Shown piece after piece: positions 1 through 10,572 of a stretch of 64,000 bases of DNA (the first letter of the stretch is position 1; each line of letters starts with the position of its first letter). Source of the DNA: Bacteroidales bacterium UBA4181 (GTDB taxonomy: Bacteria > Bacteroidota > Bacteroidia > Bacteroidales > UBA4181); contig DFUR01000068.1 of assembly GCA_002380425.1 (NCBI GenBank), forward strand, positions 87-64,086, in the 5' to 3' direction. Below the pieces are notes generated by a model. It searched no databases. It saw only the letters and a list, made by a program, of their open reading frames with translations, and had not been told where the DNA came from. Made by a program: the position numbers and the translations under genes.

Positions 1-170
1 GGGTTGGTTAATATGCCTTATTTCCTCAAAGATACGGATAGTTTGGAAATTATTCAACAATTATATATATCTTCGCGGCATCTTTTACTGAGAACGTATT
101 TTTTGTCTGGCCTGTAACTTCCTCCCAATTACACTTCAGCGAATGTTACTTTTTCGCTTAATTATTTTAT

Positions 171-1298
171 ATGACCTTTGAGGAATTATCATTGATTCAA
201 CCCATTCTGGACGCTGTCCGTACCATGGGCTACACCGAACCAACCCCCATCCAGCAACAAGCCATACTGCCTGCTCTTGAGGGCCGGGACATTATGGGTT
301 GTGCACAAACCGGCACCGGAAAGACTGCTGCCTTTGCCCTGCCCATCCTGCAACACCTTGCTGCCAAAAAAAACAACGGTTCCCGTCCCCGCACGCGCGC
401 TTTGGTTTTGGCCCCTACCCGGGAGCTGGCCCTTCAGATTAGCGAGAACTTTACCCAGTACGGGGTACATCTGGGCATCAGGCACACCGTCATTTTCGGG
501 GGCGTTTCCCAGAAAAATCAGGAAAAAGCCCTTAAATCGGGTGTGGACATTGTGGTGGCCACTCCGGGCCGACTGCTTGACCTTACCCAGCAGGGATTGA
601 TGCATTATGATGCCATCGAGCATTTTGTGCTGGACGAAGCTGACAGAATGCTCGATATGGGTTTTATCAACGACATCAGGAAAATCATTGCCATGCTTCC
701 CAAACAGAGGCAAACGCTGTTTTTCTCAGCAACCATTTCGTCGGAGATTCGGGAGCTGTCCCGTTCCATGCTAATCAATCCTGTGCATTTGAATGTGGAG
801 CCTGAGGTGGAAACGCCTGCTCTGGTGTCCCAATCCATCTACTATGTTCGCAAGGAAAACAAACGGTCCCTGCTCAAGCACCTGCTTCGTACCGAAGACA
901 TTGAGCACGCCCTGGTGTTTACCCGCACCAAGCACGGAGCAGACAGAGTGGTCGAAGACCTGAAGAAATGCGGTTTTAATGCAGCGGCCATACACGGAGA
1001 CAAAACCCAGAGTGCCCGCGAAAAAGCCCTGAATGCGTTCAAGTCCAAGACCATTCGGGTGCTGGTGGCTACCGACATCGCTTCCCGCGGGATTGATGTG
1101 GACAGTTTGAGCCACGTCATTAATTTTGAGATTCCCGAGCAGGCAGAAACCTATGTGCATCGTATCGGGAGAACCGGTCGGGCCGGCATGACCGGGGCGG
1201 CTTTCTCTTTTTGTTCCGCAGACGAAATTGCTTATATGCGTGGCATCCACAAACTAACAAAACAAAAAATCGCTGTAGCAGAGCATCCTTACGCTTAG
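171..1298 (+). CDS. rhlE: DEAD-box ATP-dependent RNA helicase (RhlE-like, 375 aa)
   Basis: ATG at 171. The translation carries Walker A AQTGTGKT, the DEAD box (VLDEADRM), SAT (FSAT) and motif VI HRIGRTGRAG in canonical order. Confidence 0.9.
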   Translation: MTFEELSLIQPILDAVRTMGYTEPTPIQQQAILPALEGRDIMGCAQTGTGKTAAFALPILQHLAAKKNNGSRPRTRALVLAPTRELALQISENFTQYGVHLGIRHTVIFGGVSQKNQEKALKSGVDIVVATPGRLLDLTQQGLMHYDAIEHFVLDEADRMLDMGFINDIRKIIAMLPKQRQTLFFSATISSEIRELSRSMLINPVHLNVEPEVETPALVSQSIYYVRKENKRSLLKHLLRTEDIEHALVFTRTKHGADRVVEDLKKCGFNAAAIHGDKTQSAREKALNAFKSKTIRVLVATDIASRGIDVDSLSHVINFEIPEQAETYVHRIGRTGRAGMTGAAFSFCSADEIAYMRGIHKLTKQKIAVAEHPYA

Positions 1299-1328
1299 AC
1301 AAGGCTCTGTCCTTAATTATTTGACAGT

Positions 1329-3065
1329 ATGGTTTGGTTTCAGGTGTTTATCCTGATCAGCCTGTTGGCTTCAGGAGCCTCCGGGGTTCTTGGCATTTAC
1401 TCGTTTCTCCATCCTCAAACTCCCTACTATCGTACGGTGGGGTGGCTGTTCATGGCCTTTTGCTGGTGGAACCTGTGTGTGCTTATGGAGACCCTGAGTC
1501 CCCCGGTGCTCCCGGACAGACTGGTCTGGGCTCAGGCATCCTATCCCGCCATACTGAGTGTCCCCGTTCTGCTGGCGATGTTGATTTTTCAGTACACCCA
1601 TGCCCACCTGCGACTGGGGATGGGCCAGACCATGCTACTGTTCTTGTTGCCTCTTGTTTCCTGTATTCTGCTCTGGTATCCTCCAACGACTTATCTGGTG
1701 TGGGAGCATGTGTCTTTGGTCCATACTCCTTACGGGTGGATCACCCGCTACGATATGGGCGTCTGGGGCTGGGTGGAGTTCGTGTATGCTTTTGCACTAT
1801 TGCTCTCGGGACTTCTTTTTCTTATAAGAGGGTTTAGCGTTCTCCCGGTAAGATTCCGGGCGCAACTCATCCTGCTCACCCTTTGTCTGGCTCTGTTTCT
1901 GGCCATCCTTATTGTGTACATATTTGTGCGCGACAGCCTGTCGGGGTTCGATTTTACCTCTTCGGCCAGCGTGTTGTGTGCCATACTTCTGTATGTGGCC
2001 ATATTCAGGCTGGGTTTTCTGCGGTTGGTTCCGATGTCCCGGCCTGTGGTGATGGGGCACATCCGTGACGGGGTGATTGTTACCGACACCCGTGGATATG
2101 TGCTAGAAATCAATGCTCCCGGTACCCATATTCTTGGTGAGGCCCAAAGTGATGAACTCACCAGGGGATCGTGTTCCTTGTTCCATTGGATGCCCGTGTT
2201 GCATGAACTACAGCCGGGAGAAAAACAGTTTGTCGAGCTGGATGACTCTATTTATGAGGTTGTTGTTCAGAATTTTGAGACAGCTTCGGGTACCATTGCG
2301 GGCAAGGTTTATGTGTTTCACGATGTGTCCGATCAAAAGGCACAGGAGACCCGGATTATGCAGGTCAACGAGGAACTGCGTAGGTCCAATGATATGAAGG
2401 ATACCCTCTTCAAAGTGATTGCACATGACCTTCGCGGTCCAGTATCCCACATGGCATCTATGCTCGGCCTTCTGGATGAACACCCTGAATTGCGCCAAGA
2501 TCCTCAGATGTTTCCGGCATTACGTCAGGCATCCACAGAGGTCCACGCCATGCTGGAGCATCTGCTCGAATGGTCCAATGCGCAAAGAAGTGACTATCCT
2601 CTTGAAACCCTGGTGCAGCCTCTGTGTCCTTGTTTGCACAGGGCTGTGTTGTCGCTTGAGTATTTGTCCTCTCACAAGGATGTACGTATTTCTGTGGACT
2701 GTCCCGGGGAAATCACCGCCTGCTTTGACGCACCATCAGTGGAGATTGTTTTTCGAAACCTGTTGTCCAATGCCATAAAGTTCAGTTATCCGGACGGTGT
2801 TATCTCTATTCAGGCCGTGATGGATGAAGGATGGACCCGGGTGTTCGTAAGGGATCATGGGATGGGGATGACCGAGGAGACCTTGAACAAGGTGCGCAGC
2901 AAGACTCCGGTGTCCTCCACTCCCGGGACCTCTGAAGAAAAGGGCACAGGTATCGGCCTGCATCTGTGTCACAGTATGATGCAGCGAAATCATGGTCACC
3001 TTGAGGTGTGCAGTGCGTTGGGAAAAGGCACGTCCGTTACCGTGACGCTCCCGGCATCCGGATAA
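1329..3065 (+). CDS. Membrane sensor histidine kinase (N-terminal 7-TM region, PAS-like segment, HisKA + HATPase core)
   Basis: About seven hydrophobic helices lie in the first 230 aa. Kinase motifs are H-box FKVIAHDLRGP, N-box NLLSNAIKFS, G1 DHGMGM and G2 GTGIGL. Confidence 0.85.
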   Translation: MVWFQVFILISLLASGASGVLGIYSFLHPQTPYYRTVGWLFMAFCWWNLCVLMETLSPPVLPDRLVWAQASYPAILSVPVLLAMLIFQYTHAHLRLGMGQTMLLFLLPLVSCILLWYPPTTYLVWEHVSLVHTPYGWITRYDMGVWGWVEFVYAFALLLSGLLFLIRGFSVLPVRFRAQLILLTLCLALFLAILIVYIFVRDSLSGFDFTSSASVLCAILLYVAIFRLGFLRLVPMSRPVVMGHIRDGVIVTDTRGYVLEINAPGTHILGEAQSDELTRGSCSLFHWMPVLHELQPGEKQFVELDDSIYEVVVQNFETASGTIAGKVYVFHDVSDQKAQETRIMQVNEELRRSNDMKDTLFKVIAHDLRGPVSHMASMLGLLDEHPELRQDPQMFPALRQASTEVHAMLEHLLEWSNAQRSDYPLETLVQPLCPCLHRAVLSLEYLSSHKDVRISVDCPGEITACFDAPSVEIVFRNLLSNAIKFSYPDGVISIQAVMDEGWTRVFVRDHGMGMTEETLNKVRSKTPVSSTPGTSEEKGTGIGLHLCHSMMQRNHGHLEVCSALGKGTSVTVTLPASG

Positions 3066-3148
3066 ATTCTTCCGGTGGTTCGGAAAACCGGGTAACTTTT
3101 TGTTATTTTGCTGCTGAGAAACATCATTCTAACAAAACAACCACCAAA

Positions 3149-4660
3149 ATGAAATATCTGTTTGCCCTTTTTCTATGTGCCGGCATCTTCGCTGGCGCCC
3201 ATGTGTTTGCTCAGTCAAAGCCCACCGTGTATCTCATCGGTGACTCTACTGTCCGCAACGGCCAGGATGATGGTTCAAACGGACAATGGGGGTGGGGAAC
3301 TGCCTTAAAATTGTTTTTTGACCAGGACAAGATTCAGGTAGAAAACCGTGCCCTTGGCGGGACCAGCAGCCGCACCTTCTATACCAATCCCACGCTTTGG
3401 AAGAGCGTTCTGGACAATCTCAAACCTGGAGATTTCTTGCTGATACAATTTGGGCATAACGATGGAGGTGCCGTCAATGATGCCAGCCGTGCCAGAGGAA
3501 CCCTCAGGGGCGTGGGCGAAGAAACTCAGGAGATTGACAATATGCTCACCAAACAGAAGGAAGTAGTGCACACCTATGGATGGTATCTGCGTCAGTATAT
3601 CCGGGAAGCCCGCGCCAAGGGTGCTACACCGGTGCTGTGTTCTCTGATTCCCCGCAACGACTGGGTAGAGGAACACAAGATGAAGCCCGAGGGAGAATAC
3701 GCCCAATTTGCAAAACAAGTCGCAGAACAGGAGAAGGCAGGCTTCATTGACCTCAACGTCAGGTCCCGGGAGAAGCTCGAAGCCGAAGGAAAATCGGTGG
3801 TAACCGGAAAGTATTACCACGCCTCCGACCACACCCACACTCTGGCTGCTGGAGCCATGCTGAACGCACTTGCCGTCGCTGAAGGAATCCGGAGTATTCC
3901 CGGCTGCACTTTGATACCCTTCTTGCTGGATAAACCCTCCGGATCCTTTCCCATCAAGAAGAAGCTTTTCCTTATGGGGGATTCTACGGTGGCTGATGGC
4001 ACCGGAGACCGACAGATGGGATGGGGCAAACCCATCACCGTTATGTTTGACACTTCCCGCCTTGTGGTGCTCAATAAGGCTCGCGGAGGTAGAAGCAGCC
4101 GTACTTTTTTAAATGAAGGCTTGTGGCAACAACTGCTGGATGAAGCCCAACAGGGGGACATCATCCTGATGGGATTCGGTCACAATGACGGGAGCCCTGT
4201 GGATGATGCCAAAGCCCGGGGCTCCCTCCCCGGAACGGGTGAAGAAACCCGACAGGTCACCAAGGATGGTGGCTCCGTGGAAACGGTTCATACTTTTGGA
4301 TGGTATATGCGCAAATATGTGCAGGAAGCCAAGGCAAAGGGCGTACAGCCCATTCTCTTCTCCCAGGTTCCCTGGAGGGAAGTTGTGGACGGAAAATCCC
4401 GCCGTGTGTCGGACACATACGGCAAATGGCTCAGTGAGGTGGCGCAGTCTGAAAGAGTCCCCTATGTGGATCTGAATGATCTGGTAGCTACCAAATACGA
4501 AGCTCTGGGTGCCGAAAAGGTAAACACCTTCTTTACTCAGGACCACACCCACACCAACAAGGACGGAGCGGAGCTGAATGCCCGTACGATGATTGAGGGT
4601 TTAAGAGCCCTGCGTCGCACCCCGCTCAACGGATATTTACCCCCGGTTGTAAATCAGTAA
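3149..4660 (+). CDS. Secreted tandem-duplicated SGNH/GDSL esterase (two rhamnogalacturonan-acetylesterase/CE12-like domains in one polypeptide)
   Basis: The start is moved to ATG 3149, which gives the signal peptide MKYLFALFLCAGIFAGAHVFAQ. The ORF-track start at 3008 overlaps the upstream kinase. Each SGNH block occurs twice: GDSTV, GG(T/R)SSRTF, GHNDG and DHTH. Confidence 0.8.
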   Translation: MKYLFALFLCAGIFAGAHVFAQSKPTVYLIGDSTVRNGQDDGSNGQWGWGTALKLFFDQDKIQVENRALGGTSSRTFYTNPTLWKSVLDNLKPGDFLLIQFGHNDGGAVNDASRARGTLRGVGEETQEIDNMLTKQKEVVHTYGWYLRQYIREARAKGATPVLCSLIPRNDWVEEHKMKPEGEYAQFAKQVAEQEKAGFIDLNVRSREKLEAEGKSVVTGKYYHASDHTHTLAAGAMLNALAVAEGIRSIPGCTLIPFLLDKPSGSFPIKKKLFLMGDSTVADGTGDRQMGWGKPITVMFDTSRLVVLNKARGGRSSRTFLNEGLWQQLLDEAQQGDIILMGFGHNDGSPVDDAKARGSLPGTGEETRQVTKDGGSVETVHTFGWYMRKYVQEAKAKGVQPILFSQVPWREVVDGKSRRVSDTYGKWLSEVAQSERVPYVDLNDLVATKYEALGAEKVNTFFTQDHTHTNKDGAELNARTMIEGLRALRRTPLNGYLPPVVNQ

Positions 4661-4674
4661 TTTAACCAATCCAT

Positions 4675-5610
4675 ATGATTCGTCGATTTTTATTGTGTAC
4701 ATGCCTGCTCGCCATGGCTGGGGCTTTGGGAGCTGTCAATCCTATCATCACGGACAAATACACGGCCGATCCAGCCGCTCTGGTCCATAATGGCAAGGTG
4801 TATCTGTATTGCGGGCACGATGTGTCCACGCGTGAGCGTTACGAAATGCCCGAGTGGCTGATTTATTCCTCGGATGATATGGTGCAATGGAAGGAGGAGG
4901 GCACTTTGGCAGCCACCACCTTTCCCTGGGCCAGCGGGGATGCATGGGCGTCGCAGGTTGTGGAGCACCGCGGTAAGTTTTACTGGTATGTAACCGCAAC
5001 CCATAAGGATATCAACGGAAAGGCAATTGGGGTGGCGGTGGCCGACAGTCCTGTCGGACCGTTTGTGCCTGCGAGTGATAAGGCACTTATAACCAATGAT
5101 ATGACGACCGATAAAACCAACATCACCTGGGACGACATCGACCCTACCGTGTTGGTGGACGATGATGGCCGCGCATGGCTTTTCTGGGGCAATACTGCTT
5201 GCTATTATGCTCCACTCAAGGACAACATGATAGAACTTGATGGCCCCATTCGTACGATAGACCTTCCCCATTTCACGGAAGCCCCCTGGCTGCATAAGCG
5301 CAACGGGTGGTACTATCTGTCCTATGCGTACCAATTTCCCGAGAAAACGGCCTATGCCATGAGTCGGCACATTCAGGGACCCTATGAATTCAAAGGTATT
5401 CTGAATGAAGTGGCAGGCAATTCCAACACCAATCATCAGGCCATCATTGATTTCAAAGGAAAGACCTATTTTATTTATCATAACGGTTCCATCCCTACTA
5501 AGGGGGGGAGTTACCGCCGTTCGGTGTGTATTGATTATTTGTATTACAATCCGGACGGTACCATGAAACGGGTCATCATGACCTCCGAGGGGGTTGGTCC
5601 CGCCCAATAA
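4675..5610 (+). CDS. Glycoside hydrolase family 43 (beta-xylosidase / alpha-L-arabinofuranosidase type), secreted
   Basis: An N-terminal signal peptide is followed by [24 protein letters not shown] and later D/E-containing blocks typical of the GH43 five-bladed propeller. The family call is from recalled similarity only. Confidence 0.8.
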   Translation: MIRRFLLCTCLLAMAGALGAVNPIITDKYTADPAALVHNGKVYLYCGHDVSTRERYEMPEWLIYSSDDMVQWKEEGTLAATTFPWASGDAWASQVVEHRGKFYWYVTATHKDINGKAIGVAVADSPVGPFVPASDKALITNDMTTDKTNITWDDIDPTVLVDDDGRAWLFWGNTACYYAPLKDNMIELDGPIRTIDLPHFTEAPWLHKRNGWYYLSYAYQFPEKTAYAMSRHIQGPYEFKGILNEVAGNSNTNHQAIIDFKGKTYFIYHNGSIPTKGGSYRRSVCIDYLYYNPDGTMKRVIMTSEGVGPAQ

Positions 5611-5621
5611 TCCGGTGTAAT

Positions 5622-7934
5622 ATGTGGCTTCGTGTGCTGCTGTTGTTTCTCCTTCTGTCCCCTTATCTACTCCGGGCACAGGAGTCGCGCACATGGCCCT
5701 CAAACTACCGGATATGGTTTCAGGCTCCGGCGCAGCAATGGGATGAGGCCTTGCCGGTAGGCAACGGCAGGCTGGGAGCCATGGTGTTTGGCGATCCTGT
5801 TCGTGAACGTCTGCAACTCAATGAGGAGAGTGTCTGGACCGGCCAGCCCCGTTGGGATGCCAATCCGGCTGCTTTGAAGAACTTGCCTCAGATTCGGCAA
5901 CTCTTGTTCTCCGGAAAGTATCAGGAAGCCGAATCTCTTGCCGCCACTGGACTCTTGGGCAGCCGTCCACGGAATGCTTCGGCTTCCTATCAGACGCTGG
6001 GCGATCTCCACCTGAACTTTGGCCCCTGGAAAGATATCCGTGACTACCGGCGCGAGCTGGATATTGATTCCGCTGTTGCCAGCGTATCTTTTACTGCTGA
6101 CAGAGTGAGGTATCGCAGGGAAGTGTTTTCCAGTGCTCCCGATCAGGTCATTGTTGTCCGGCTAACGGCAGACGCACCGGGGTCCATTACCTTCACAGCC
6201 TGTCTGAGCCGCCCGGGAAATGCTGCTCAGATTAGCACGGAAGGGACCGTGATGACCCTGTCAGAACACGTTGGGGGCGGAGTGGGCGTGAAGCTGGTCG
6301 CACGCCTTGAAGTCCTTGCGGAGGGCGGTTCTGTGGCCGGAGCCGGAGACAGTTTGGTGGTACGCCGGGCCAATGCGGTTACGTTGCTGCTGAGTGCTGC
6401 CACAGATTACCGCGGGGGCGATCCAAACACCGAAACTTCCCGTGCCTTGGCGCAGGCAACGCGCAAGCCTTTTGAATCGCTGCGCAGATATCATATTGCT
6501 GATTATCAGTCGTATTTCAAGAGAGTGTCTCTGGATCTGGGTGAGGGCAAAGGAGCCTATTTCCCAACCGATACCCGGATTGCTGCCATGCGGCAGGGAT
6601 ACGATGACCCGGACCTGGTGGAGCTCTATTTTCAGTTTGGCCGGTATCTGCTCATCAGCAGTTCCCGGCCCGGAGGTTTGCCCGCCAACTTGCAGGGACT
6701 TTGGGCCGATGGACTACGTCCTCCGTGGAGCGCCGACTACCACATCAATGTGAACATCCAGATGAACTACTGGCCCTCTGAGGTCACCCAATTGGGAGAA
6801 CTCCAGGAGCCTCTGATTGATTTTCTTAATGCCATGTTGCCTAATGCCCGCCGCACGGCCAGCGAAGTTTACGGGATGAGGGGCGCTGTTGCTCATTATA
6901 CGACCGATGTCTGGCATGCGACAGAACCCCTGGGTGCCATCAACTATGGGATGTGGCCTATGGGGATTGCCTGGTGTTGCCAGAATCTCTGGGACCACTA
7001 TGTCTTCGGGGGTGACGTGGACTATTTAAGAGACAAGATCTACCCTGTGATGCGGGAAGCTTCTCTGTTTTGCATGGACTGGCTCACCGAAGACCCTTCT
7101 ACGGGATTTCTGGTGTCCGGGCCGTCCATATCTCCGGAAAACCGTTTTCAGATCCCCGGCAGCGAGCTTTCCGCCAGTATGGTGATGGGGCCCACGATGG
7201 ACCACATGATCATCCGGGAGTTGCTCCAGAATACCATGGAGGCATCAAGAATCCTGAAAGTGGATGTAGCCTTGCGCAACGAGATGGAGCGCACCCTGAG
7301 CCATCTTGCGCCGGTGCGGATCGGCTCAGACGGCCGCCTGATGGAGTGGCCTCTGGAGTTTACGGAATCCGAACCCGGACATCGGCATATCTCTCATTTG
7401 TTTGGCTTGCATCCGGGAACACAGATTACCGTACAAAAGAACCCTGACTTTGTGGAGGCGGCACGAAAAACCATAGCATTCAGGCTGGCTAACGGGGGCG
7501 GGCATACGGGTTGGAGCCGGGCCTGGATTATCAATTTCTACGCCAGGCTTCAGGATGGGGAGCAAGCCTATCAGCATGTTCTGGAACTGTTGAGGAAATC
7601 CACGCTGAAGAATCTCTTTGACACCCATCCGCCCTTTCAGATTGATGGAAATTTTGGTGGCACTGCCGGGATTGCAGAAATGTTGCTGCAAAGCCATGCC
7701 GGGGAGATCCAACTCCTGCCAGCGTTACCTCAGGCGTGGTCGCGGGGGTCCGTCAAAGGACTGATGGCCCGGGGCGGATTTGAAGTGGATATCGACTGGG
7801 AAAACGGGCAACTGCGCCGTGCCAGGATTCGGTCCAGGCTGGGCAGGCCTCTGAAAGTGACTTACTCGGGTAAGGTGTTGATTGACAAGACTACGAAGGT
7901 GGGTGATGAGTTTTGGAGTGAAACTTTGAACTGA
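5622..7934 (+). CDS. Glycoside hydrolase family 95 (alpha-L-fucosidase-like), secreted
   Basis: A signal peptide is present. The blocks [34 protein letters not shown] and [14 protein letters not shown] and the 770-aa size match my recollection of GH95. Confidence 0.8.
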   Translation: MWLRVLLLFLLLSPYLLRAQESRTWPSNYRIWFQAPAQQWDEALPVGNGRLGAMVFGDPVRERLQLNEESVWTGQPRWDANPAALKNLPQIRQLLFSGKYQEAESLAATGLLGSRPRNASASYQTLGDLHLNFGPWKDIRDYRRELDIDSAVASVSFTADRVRYRREVFSSAPDQVIVVRLTADAPGSITFTACLSRPGNAAQISTEGTVMTLSEHVGGGVGVKLVARLEVLAEGGSVAGAGDSLVVRRANAVTLLLSAATDYRGGDPNTETSRALAQATRKPFESLRRYHIADYQSYFKRVSLDLGEGKGAYFPTDTRIAAMRQGYDDPDLVELYFQFGRYLLISSSRPGGLPANLQGLWADGLRPPWSADYHINVNIQMNYWPSEVTQLGELQEPLIDFLNAMLPNARRTASEVYGMRGAVAHYTTDVWHATEPLGAINYGMWPMGIAWCCQNLWDHYVFGGDVDYLRDKIYPVMREASLFCMDWLTEDPSTGFLVSGPSISPENRFQIPGSELSASMVMGPTMDHMIIRELLQNTMEASRILKVDVALRNEMERTLSHLAPVRIGSDGRLMEWPLEFTESEPGHRHISHLFGLHPGTQITVQKNPDFVEAARKTIAFRLANGGGHTGWSRAWIINFYARLQDGEQAYQHVLELLRKSTLKNLFDTHPPFQIDGNFGGTAGIAEMLLQSHAGEIQLLPALPQAWSRGSVKGLMARGGFEVDIDWENGQLRRARIRSRLGRPLKVTYSGKVLIDKTTKVGDEFWSETLN

Positions 7935-7995
7935 TGCATATTTGGGGCTGAAAACCCTTGTTATTGATGGCATTTTTGTTAATATTGTACTAACT

Positions 7996-10572
7996 ATGGA
8001 ACTGGCCTCAATCACGTTGTCCCTGGTGCAGAACACTGCAGTTCTGCTCTCGTTCAGCATGTTATACGATTTTTTCTGGACTGGGGAAGAAGCTCAGAAA
8101 AGGTGGTATCACAAGGTGCTTGCCGGGGTGGTTGTCGGGGGAATCGGGCTGGTTTTGATGTTGATGCCCTGGACCCTCAGTCCTGGTGTGGTTTTTGACA
8201 CCCGGTCGGTGTTGCTGTCCATCACTGGTTTGTATTTTGGATGGATTCCAACCCTTACGGCGATGGTCATTGACGTTGCCTACAGAATCTATCTGGGCGG
8301 CCCCGGTACATGGATGGGGGTGGCTGTGATTGTGTCCTCGGGATTCATCGGCCTTGCCTGGCGCTACCTGCGCCCCGGATGGACCCGGCGTAATCACTGG
8401 CGGGAGTTGCTTGCCCTCGGTGTGTGTGTACACTTAGCCATGTTGGGATGTACCGTATTCTTACCCACAGACAAATTTCTGCCTGTGGTGTCTCATATTG
8501 CTCTGCCCCTGATGCTGATTTATGCCCCAGGAACCATGCTCCTTGGGTTGTTTATGTACTCTCGCGGGGAGAATTGGCTCAATAAGAAGGCCCTGAAAGA
8601 AACCAAGTTATTGTACTCTTCGTTGGTGGAGAACATGCCGGCTGCGGTCTTTCGTAAAACGCGCGATGGAAGGTATGACTATGTGAATCAGCTTTTTTGT
8701 GATCTCAAGGGCTTGAGTGAACAGGAGATTCTTGGCCGTACTCCTTTTGAACTGGCAGAATATGAATCCCACAAGGCGATATCCAGTACTAAATACAAGC
8801 CCCGTCAAAGAACCATGGCCCGTGAAGGAACAGACCATCATCAGTGGATTCTGGAACATGGGAGACCCATCCGGGTGGAGGAGGTTTATACCCTTCCGGA
8901 CGGCTCGGTGGAAATCTTCCAGGTGGTCAAAACCCCCATCTTTGACACAACGGGGAGTGTGATTGGTTCCCAGGGCATGCTCTTTGATATTTCCTCTCAG
9001 AAACGGGTGGAGGAAGCTCTGCTGAATGAGCAGTATATGTTGAATTCGTTCCTAAACAACACACCCGACCGTATTTACTTCAAGGACCTCAACAGCCGTT
9101 TTACCCGTGTGAACCGGGCCCATGCCCAGTTGTTCGGTCTATCGGTCTCCAAAGATGCCATTGGAAAATCGGATTTTGATTTTTTCTCTGAGGAACATGC
9201 GCGAAAGGCATACGAGGACGAACAAAAGATTATTGAGACAGGCTTGCCGATGATTGGAATTGAAGAAAAGGAAACCTGGGAAGATGGCTCGGTATCCTGG
9301 GCTTCTTCCTCTAAGTTTCCCTTGATTGATGTAGATGGAAAGGTGATTGGCACCTTCGGGGTGTCGCGCGACATTACTCTGCAGAAACAACTGGCGGCCG
9401 ATCTGCTCTCGGCCAAGGAGAAAGCTGAGGAAGGGGATCACCTCAAAACGGCTTTCCTGCACAATATATCACATGAGATACGCACCCCTATGAATGCCAT
9501 TGTGGGTTTCTCCAGTTTTCTGACGGATCCGGCTCTTTCTGAAGACAAAAGAGCGCATTATGCACAGATTGTCATTCAAAGCAGCAATCAGCTCCTTTCC
9601 ATTATTGATGATATTGTCCGCATCGCGACCATTGAGGCCGGACAGGAAAAAATACATGAGAGCCAGATCCGCATCAATGAACTATGCCGTCTTTTGCTGG
9701 AACAGTTCTCCACTCAGGCGTCTTCCAAGGGGTTGGACCTTAAGTTCCTTCCAACCTTGCCCGATGACCGGGCAATGCTTCAGTCCGATGAGATCAAATT
9801 CACCCAGGTGCTGTCCAATCTGCTGGTGAACGCCTTTAAGTTCACCAAGCAAGGGTACATCCATTTTGGATATGAACTCAAGGATGGTGTTCTCGAATTT
9901 TATGTAGAAGACACCGGAATCGGAATTCCCGAGGAAATGCAGGGCGAAATATTCAAACGATTCCGCCAGGTGGAAAGCACGCTGAGCCGGCAGTTTGGCG
10001 GTTCTGGGCTGGGCTTGTCCATTTGTCAGGCTTACATTGAACTAATGGGAGGAAGGATGTGGGTTCAGTCTGAGTATGGAAAAGGTTCTGTGTTCCGTTT
10101 CACCATTCCCTATCAGATACCTGGAGTGTCGAAGGCCTTCAAGGTTTCGTCACTTACTGAGCCCGTTGGCCCCGAGTTTTCAGGAGAGGCTCCGATGCTC
10201 CTGGTGGCCGAAGATGAGGAGTTTAATTTCATGCTGCTGCGAGAGATACTCACTCCGTTCCATTGCCGGATCATTCGGGTCGTGAACGGGCAGGAGGCTG
10301 TGGACAAAGTTCGGGAGACCCCGGATATAGACTTAGTGCTGATGGATTTGAAGATGCCTGTTATGGACGGTTACGAAGCAACCCGGAAAATCAAGGCGTT
10401 CCGGCCTTTCCTGCCGGTGATCGCTTTGACGGCTTATTCCCACGACTCGGACCGGCATAAGGCCTTCACTGCGGGATGTGACGATTTTGTGAGCAAGCCT
10501 TTCAACAAGGCCGAACTAATGGGCAAAATCCGGGCAAAACTACGCCCTGCTGAGAACCGGGCAGCTGACTAA
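7996..10572 (+). CDS. Hybrid sensor histidine kinase/response regulator with LytS-type 5-TM N-terminal domain and PAS domains
   Basis: The first ATG is at 7996; the ORF-track start at 7942 is TTG. The N-terminus NTAVLLSFSMLYDFFW plus five TM helices is followed by PAS-like repeats. Kinase motifs are H-box ISHEIRTPMN, HATPase NLLVNAFKFT, DTGIGI and GGSGLGL. The C-terminal receiver carries LVLMDLKMPVMDG. Confidence 0.85.
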   Translation: MELASITLSLVQNTAVLLSFSMLYDFFWTGEEAQKRWYHKVLAGVVVGGIGLVLMLMPWTLSPGVVFDTRSVLLSITGLYFGWIPTLTAMVIDVAYRIYLGGPGTWMGVAVIVSSGFIGLAWRYLRPGWTRRNHWRELLALGVCVHLAMLGCTVFLPTDKFLPVVSHIALPLMLIYAPGTMLLGLFMYSRGENWLNKKALKETKLLYSSLVENMPAAVFRKTRDGRYDYVNQLFCDLKGLSEQEILGRTPFELAEYESHKAISSTKYKPRQRTMAREGTDHHQWILEHGRPIRVEEVYTLPDGSVEIFQVVKTPIFDTTGSVIGSQGMLFDISSQKRVEEALLNEQYMLNSFLNNTPDRIYFKDLNSRFTRVNRAHAQLFGLSVSKDAIGKSDFDFFSEEHARKAYEDEQKIIETGLPMIGIEEKETWEDGSVSWASSSKFPLIDVDGKVIGTFGVSRDITLQKQLAADLLSAKEKAEEGDHLKTAFLHNISHEIRTPMNAIVGFSSFLTDPALSEDKRAHYAQIVIQSSNQLLSIIDDIVRIATIEAGQEKIHESQIRINELCRLLLEQFSTQASSKGLDLKFLPTLPDDRAMLQSDEIKFTQVLSNLLVNAFKFTKQGYIHFGYELKDGVLEFYVEDTGIGIPEEMQGEIFKRFRQVESTLSRQFGGSGLGLSICQAYIELMGGRMWVQSEYGKGSVFRFTIPYQIPGVSKAFKVSSLTEPVGPEFSGEAPMLLVAEDEEFNFMLLREILTPFHCRIIRVVNGQEAVDKVRETPDIDLVLMDLKMPVMDGYEATRKIKAFRPFLPVIALTAYSHDSDRHKAFTAGCDDFVSKPFNKAELMGKIRAKLRPAENRAAD

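Noticed and set aside
3008-3148. 5' extensions of ORF-track models (also 13023-13175, 15325-15459, 16622-16675, 35874-35924, 37479-37538, 38711-38746, 44078-44149 and 46890-46943)
   Set aside because: The extensions overlap upstream genes or start at non-ATG codons. Internal ATGs give canonical N-termini or signal peptides, so I used the shorter models.
4690-5703. 337-aa minus-strand ORF opposite the GH43 gene
   Set aside because: It is an antisense shadow of a gene that has a signal peptide and family-typical blocks. It has no plausible start context.
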